Positions 36,481 through 41,218 of a stretch of 41,218 nt of DNA are shown one piece after another. Numbering within the stretch: position 1 is the stretch's first letter; each line of letters begins with the position of its first letter. The stretch comes from an uncultured Bdellovibrio sp. (GTDB lineage Bacteria; Bdellovibrionota; Bdellovibrionia; Bdellovibrionales; Bdellovibrionaceae). The notes beneath the pieces are model-generated. The model saw nothing but the letters and a program-made list of their open reading frames with translations, made no database searches and was not told the DNA's origin. The stretch is from assembly GCA_963932905.1 (NCBI GenBank), contig CAWVRN010000034.1, positions 1 to 41,218 on the forward strand, given 5' to 3'. The position numbers and the translations under genes were made by a program.

Positions 36481-38544
36481 TTGAGTAACTCGCATACTTT
36501 AGATACCGACTATGAATCGCTTAAACAAGTTCAAAATCATGAAAAATTTTGCAGTTGGACTTGGGATATCGCAAATGACAGCCGTCAATGGTCCGATGAA
36601 ATATACAAAATAGTAGGAGTTCAACCAAAGAGTATTGAACTCAAACCGGAATATATTTGGGAGTTTATCCATGTTGATGACAGGGAAAGAGTAAGGAATG
36701 CCGTTAACGACTCTCTTAAAGACGGAAAACCCTATAATATTGAATACCGTATTATTCGAAAAGATGGCGTTGAAAGAATTGTTCATGCCGTTGCGGATGT
36801 GTATTTCGACGATAAAAGCCATCCAGCCAAAATGGTAGGTACTCTGTACGATGTGACCGATAGTAAAAAAAACATCGATAAAATATTTGAATCTGAACAA
36901 AAATTTCGAGGTTTGCTGGAAACGGCTTATGACCCAATTATTATTGTGGATGAAAAAGGAAAAATTGAGTTTGCGAATAGGCAAACTAAAAACACATTAG
37001 GCTATAGTTCGGAGGAGCTGATGGGGCAGCCGGTTGAAGTTTTAGTTCCAGAATGGCTTCGGTTAAATCATCAAAATAAACGAGAAAACTATATGAAGAA
37101 TCCTTTGTCGCGACCCATGGGGCATAGTCTTAGTTTGGCAGCCAGGCGAAAAGACGGCAGTGAATTTCCTGTGGAAATTTCTTTATCGCCGTTTAAAACT
37201 AGGCGCGGAACAATTGTCACAGCGTTTATTCGTAATATGACCGATATTCGGCGTGCAGAAAATCAACAGAAGTTTTTGGCAGAGACTAGCCAGTTACTGA
37301 GTGAAACGATGGATTTGCAAGAGCGCATTCATCTTATTTCGGACCAGGCGGTACCGACGTTAGCAGATGTTTGTGCGGTGTACATTCATGATTCAGCAAA
37401 ACTGAATTTAAAGGCGGTGGCTCATAGCCCAAACCTGGATGCAGAGCATGTCCGAAATTTAGTACAAAATGGTTGTTTTTTTAAAGATGATAATGGATTG
37501 AGTTTCACCTCAATTGCTAAAACTGGTGTACCTAAACTGATCGATCATATTAATGATCAAGTGTTGAAAGAAGTTACTTCTAGCGATGAAAACTGTGAAC
37601 AGCAATTAAAAGGTCTGCATGTTCAGTCTTTGATTGCAGTGCCCATGCAGGCCAGAGGGCGAACGATTGGGGTCATTTGTTTTATTCGGTGTAAGCCGTT
37701 AAATTACACTGAAAAAGACTTGGGTTATTTAAAAATAGTGGCCGAACGAGCGGCATTTGCTTTGGACAATGCAAGGCTATATAAAGAAGCGCAAGATGCC
37801 ATACGCCTACGAGAAGATGTGTTAGCCGTTGTTTCCCATGATCTAAGAAATCCACTTGGAATTATTCATGGATTTAACGACCTTTTAGCCGAAAGCTTTC
37901 GAAATTCAAAAGATCAACAGAGGGAAGAAAACTTTACGGAAGCGATTGGTAGATCCCTTAGGCATATGGAGCGACTTATTGGCGATCTGTTGGATTTCGC
38001 AAAGATTGAATCGGGAACGTTCACTATCGAGGCAAAACCTTATCAGATTGGTAAATTGTTCTGGGAAAGTGCCGAGCTAGTAAAAAGACACGCAGATGAA
38101 AAAAAAATCCAAATTTTCCCCAAATTTTCTCCGTCCTTATCGGAAATAATGTGTGACTCTGATCGCTTAAAACAGGTTTTTATGAATCTACTTGGGAACG
38201 CGATTAAATTTTCTCCAGTTGGTGGTGTTATCAAAGTGGGTGCGAAAGAAACACCGGTTGGAATCGAATTTTCGGTAACAGACACGGGACCGGGAATACC
38301 TACAGAAAACCTACCGCATATTTTTGATCGTTATTGGCAAGCGAAAGAAACCGCTAAGCTGGGGACAGGTCTAGGGCTTTCTATTGCGAAGGGGATAGTA
38401 GAAAGTCACGGTGGCAAGATATGGGTAAAAAGCATGATGGGTGCAGGTACGACCTTCTATTTTACCATTCCCAGAAATAGAGCCCTTAAGGTCAAGGTAC
38501 CATACTCAAAAGAAATCAAGAACGTCGAACTGAGGTTACATTAA
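36481..38544 (+). CDS. PAS-PAS(heme, FixL-like)-GAF sensor histidine kinase
   Basis: SD GGAGG; LVPEWLRLNH...Y...RPMG...RKDGSEFPVEISLS; GAF ending ALDNARLY; SHDLRNPL; GTGLGL. Confidence 0.93.
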   Translation: MSNSHTLDTDYESLKQVQNHEKFCSWTWDIANDSRQWSDEIYKIVGVQPKSIELKPEYIWEFIHVDDRERVRNAVNDSLKDGKPYNIEYRIIRKDGVERIVHAVADVYFDDKSHPAKMVGTLYDVTDSKKNIDKIFESEQKFRGLLETAYDPIIIVDEKGKIEFANRQTKNTLGYSSEELMGQPVEVLVPEWLRLNHQNKRENYMKNPLSRPMGHSLSLAARRKDGSEFPVEISLSPFKTRRGTIVTAFIRNMTDIRRAENQQKFLAETSQLLSETMDLQERIHLISDQAVPTLADVCAVYIHDSAKLNLKAVAHSPNLDAEHVRNLVQNGCFFKDDNGLSFTSIAKTGVPKLIDHINDQVLKEVTSSDENCEQQLKGLHVQSLIAVPMQARGRTIGVICFIRCKPLNYTEKDLGYLKIVAERAAFALDNARLYKEAQDAIRLREDVLAVVSHDLRNPLGIIHGFNDLLAESFRNSKDQQREENFTEAIGRSLRHMERLIGDLLDFAKIESGTFTIEAKPYQIGKLFWESAELVKRHADEKKIQIFPKFSPSLSEIMCDSDRLKQVFMNLLGNAIKFSPVGGVIKVGAKETPVGIEFSVTDTGPGIPTENLPHIFDRYWQAKETAKLGTGLGLSIAKGIVESHGGKIWVKSMMGAGTTFYFTIPRNRALKVKVPYSKEIKNVELRLH

Positions 38545-38545
38545 G

Positions 38546-39157
38546 ATGGAGATTGCTATCGCATACTATTCCGATAACGGACAAATTAAAAGGATTGTAG
38601 AAAGTATTAAACAATACATCGTTTCCCTTGGGGTACATCAAAACAATATTCATGAAATTGATATTTGCGACGAATACGCTTTTAAAGATTTATCGCATAA
38701 AACAGATCATTTAATTATAGGGTGTCCTTTTTATTTTGGACGTATTCCAAAGAAAATGAAAGATTGGATAGAAAGGAACAAGTTACACCTGGCTGGAAAA
38801 GACGTTTCGGTGTTTAAGGTCAGTCTTACTGAGGATAGTTCCTTGAAAGAGGGAAAAAAAAATGATCTACAGAATTTTCTGTCAAAAAATTTAAGTGCCA
38901 CGCCAAAGTTGCAAGTTTCGTTTATCAGTGATCTTAGATTCGGCAGATATGGTAAATTTTTGAATTTTCTTTTGGATACCACGCGACGATCGGGTGGTTC
39001 AGTAAACGACCACTATACAGATTACGAAGCGGAGAACAGGAATAGGGTAAAAGAATTTGTAGAAGGAATATGGAAGCAACTTCATAGATCTCGTTTTGAG
39101 AAAACTAGAAGCTATGGTCCGACATTCGAGTTCCGTGAAGACTTTACTCCGAACTAA
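38546..39157 (+). CDS. Flavodoxin-domain protein, HemG-like
   Basis: IAYYSDNGQIKRI, DHLIIGCPFYFG, F.VSL, L....Y, DYE...V..F. Confidence 0.72.
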   Translation: MEIAIAYYSDNGQIKRIVESIKQYIVSLGVHQNNIHEIDICDEYAFKDLSHKTDHLIIGCPFYFGRIPKKMKDWIERNKLHLAGKDVSVFKVSLTEDSSLKEGKKNDLQNFLSKNLSATPKLQVSFISDLRFGRYGKFLNFLLDTTRRSGGSVNDHYTDYEAENRNRVKEFVEGIWKQLHRSRFEKTRSYGPTFEFREDFTPN

Positions 39158-39416
39158 ATATTTTAGGTTTTATTAACTTGTTCATGAGTTTACTTAGAAT
39201 TTTTGGACGTCGTAGAGAATGAAAAAAAGGAGGAGCTCTGAAACAGGATGGAATGAAAATCTAGATCTTAAATTGAGAATCTCATAATTGGAATTTTGTT
39301 TTTAGATCGAATATACCGATTTAAACAAAAAATAGTAGAGCCGTCAGAATTGTCTTTATTTATTGCCCCAAAATCTCTGACAATAGAAAGAGTAGTACTG
39401 GCAAGGGGAAATACAG

Positions 39417-41168
39417 ATGTATACACTTTATAAAGCTATACTGTTTGTCTTGTTTATAGTTTCGATTGCTTTGTTTCAAAATTGTAGTAATGGGTTTTCT
39501 TTGCAAACGTTCGATTCGGCATCCGTTCAATCTGACTCTGCTGGGACTTCGTCTAGTTCATCTAATAATTCAAGTTTACCCCCGTTGGCGCCTGCAGAAA
39601 GCTTATCTGAATGCTTGAAGAGTGTTACGGATCTTTCTGTAACAACAAGTGGCAATGGTTTCATGCGAGTAGAAAACATTGGCCCTTGGAACTATCAACC
39701 TGTTTATCCTAGTCAGTCGGCTTGTGCTGTTGGGGAAGGTACTGTGTATAATGTCGGCCCTGGGAAAACGTATTCGTCTCCTAAGACAGTGCCGTGGTTT
39801 AATATCAAGCCGTGTGATGTGGTGAACATTCATTATAGTTCGACACCATATCGTGATATAATTTACTTTTCCATGAGAGGCGAAAAGAATAGATGGATCA
39901 TTGTTCGAGGTATCCCGGGACCGAATGGTGAGAAGCCAATCTTTGACGGCGACAATGCTGTTATGCCAAATGATTCAAGAGTTAATCCGAACGTAGATGC
40001 CGCTGGATTATTTATCGTATTCAAACCGTCTTCGGACGTTGCGCGTGCTAATGATTATAAACCTGGCTATTTGCAAATAGATGGTTTCACATTTCAAAAT
40101 GCTCGTGCTCCAGCAATGGTAACTGCGGCTTCAGGAGAACGTCGGCAATGGGGATCTTTTAGTTCTGGATTGTATGTGACGGGTGCAGATTTTGTTGCGA
40201 TCACAAACAATGAGTTTAAAGGCAATGGTTTAGGTCTTTTTGCTAACTCAAACGATGCCGGTAATGCATTGCAGACGGTGAGTCTTTTAGTAAGAGGCAA
40301 TTACTTTCATGACAATGGTAATCCCGCTAGCTTTAGCGAACATAACTCGTACACGGAAGGTATCGGAACGATTTATGAGTATAACTATTTTGGACCATTG
40401 GTGGATGGTTCATATGGTGACAATATTAAAGAAAGATCTTCGGGCGTTTTATTTCGCTATAACTATATTGAAGGCGGCGCAAACTTAATTTCTCTGAGAG
40501 ATCCTGAATCTAACGGTGCTTATGAAGCTGCTCAGAAAGATGCTTGGGGCGAGCGCATGGTGACGGCTGCGTTTATTTATTCAAATATTTTTGTAATTAG
40601 AAAAGATACTTCTAATATGATTGGTCACGGTGATGCCACTCACGGAACCAATGCCCAATATCGCGAAGGAAATATATATTTTTATGGGAACAGGGTTATT
40701 GGCCGAGTGAATAATTCTCCGTTCTGGTTTAATAATGCCTACTATGAAAAGTCAGGAATACCGTTGTTTGCGCTAAGTAACACGCGCGCTCCGACTACGG
40801 TGGTGGCTCGTAACAACCTATTTGATGTACGAAGTTATACCTCGGATTCGTCTTCAGCTGCTTTTTCAATTTTCTATTATCAAGGGCGAGCTGATTTCGA
40901 ATCGAATTGGATCAATTCAGCGTTTTTACGAACATACGTAGATACTAAACCCGCGGATAGTATGCTGGCTGTGGGTGATTTATTTGATGGTGTTGGTGTT
41001 ACGTCATTAACACCGAGTCTGGGTGTCAATCCAGGCTTTGTTGATGAAGCAAATGGTAATTTCCTGACAACCGCAAGTTCACCATTTGCGTCTCTTAATG
41101 CCGCTTTGCCGACAGCCGTTAATAAGCGTTGCCTTATGCCTGCTGGAAATCCTGTCGTTAAACATTAA
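39417..41168 (+). CDS. Right-handed beta-helix (pectin lyase-like) lipoprotein
   Basis: FQNC lipobox, Ser linker, YNVGPG, RGIPGPNGEKP, stacked Asn repeats GNYFHDNG, YNYFG, YNYIEG. Confidence 0.82.
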   Translation: MYTLYKAILFVLFIVSIALFQNCSNGFSLQTFDSASVQSDSAGTSSSSSNNSSLPPLAPAESLSECLKSVTDLSVTTSGNGFMRVENIGPWNYQPVYPSQSACAVGEGTVYNVGPGKTYSSPKTVPWFNIKPCDVVNIHYSSTPYRDIIYFSMRGEKNRWIIVRGIPGPNGEKPIFDGDNAVMPNDSRVNPNVDAAGLFIVFKPSSDVARANDYKPGYLQIDGFTFQNARAPAMVTAASGERRQWGSFSSGLYVTGADFVAITNNEFKGNGLGLFANSNDAGNALQTVSLLVRGNYFHDNGNPASFSEHNSYTEGIGTIYEYNYFGPLVDGSYGDNIKERSSGVLFRYNYIEGGANLISLRDPESNGAYEAAQKDAWGERMVTAAFIYSNIFVIRKDTSNMIGHGDATHGTNAQYREGNIYFYGNRVIGRVNNSPFWFNNAYYEKSGIPLFALSNTRAPTTVVARNNLFDVRSYTSDSSSAAFSIFYYQGRADFESNWINSAFLRTYVDTKPADSMLAVGDLFDGVGVTSLTPSLGVNPGFVDEANGNFLTTASSPFASLNAALPTAVNKRCLMPAGNPVVKH

Positions 41169-41218
41169 GAACTGGCCCCTTACTTTGCATTTGGAATAGT
41201 ATTTGTTTAAGGCTCATT

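Noticed and set aside
1..41218. CRISPR array, tRNA/rRNA, transposase, integrase or prophage genes
   Set aside because: No regularly spaced repeats, cloverleaf or recombinase motifs seen; intergenic gaps are short

Overview
AT-rich bacterial chromosomal segment, most likely Bdellovibrionota (FQNC-type lipobox, RCC1/Cys-rich lipoprotein, MCP ending in DDPGFKDV; this is inference). No rRNA, tRNA, CRISPR or recognisable mobile element was found. Left part (0.3-11.6 kb): secreted or surface proteins, a WGR-WGR-SUKH-like protein, an SDR-darcynin-Rid-Crp operon with a perfect operator palindrome, and a TolC/adaptor/permease/ATPase ABC exporter. Middle (11.6-26.8 kb): a signalling cluster (hybrid kinase, OmpR-type regulator, MCP, porin, GAF-PAS kinase, CheA, CheW, two receivers) and a secreted caspase-like protease; several of these units carry sigma28 (FliA)-like promoters. 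Right (26.8-39.2 kb) is the best candidate for a new system: a self-contained sigma54 regulon. Six -24/-12 promoters, recurrent GAC-N5-GTC palindromes and a receiver-less enhancer-binding protein accompany a dormancy/hypoxia-type gene set (second ABC exporter, two AAA_28 kinases, baeRF12/host-attachment protein, BON, PRTase, USP, OsmC, FixL-like heme-PAS kinase, HemG-like flavodoxin). The window ends with a beta-helix lipoprotein. All calls come from reading the sequence by eye, with no database searches.
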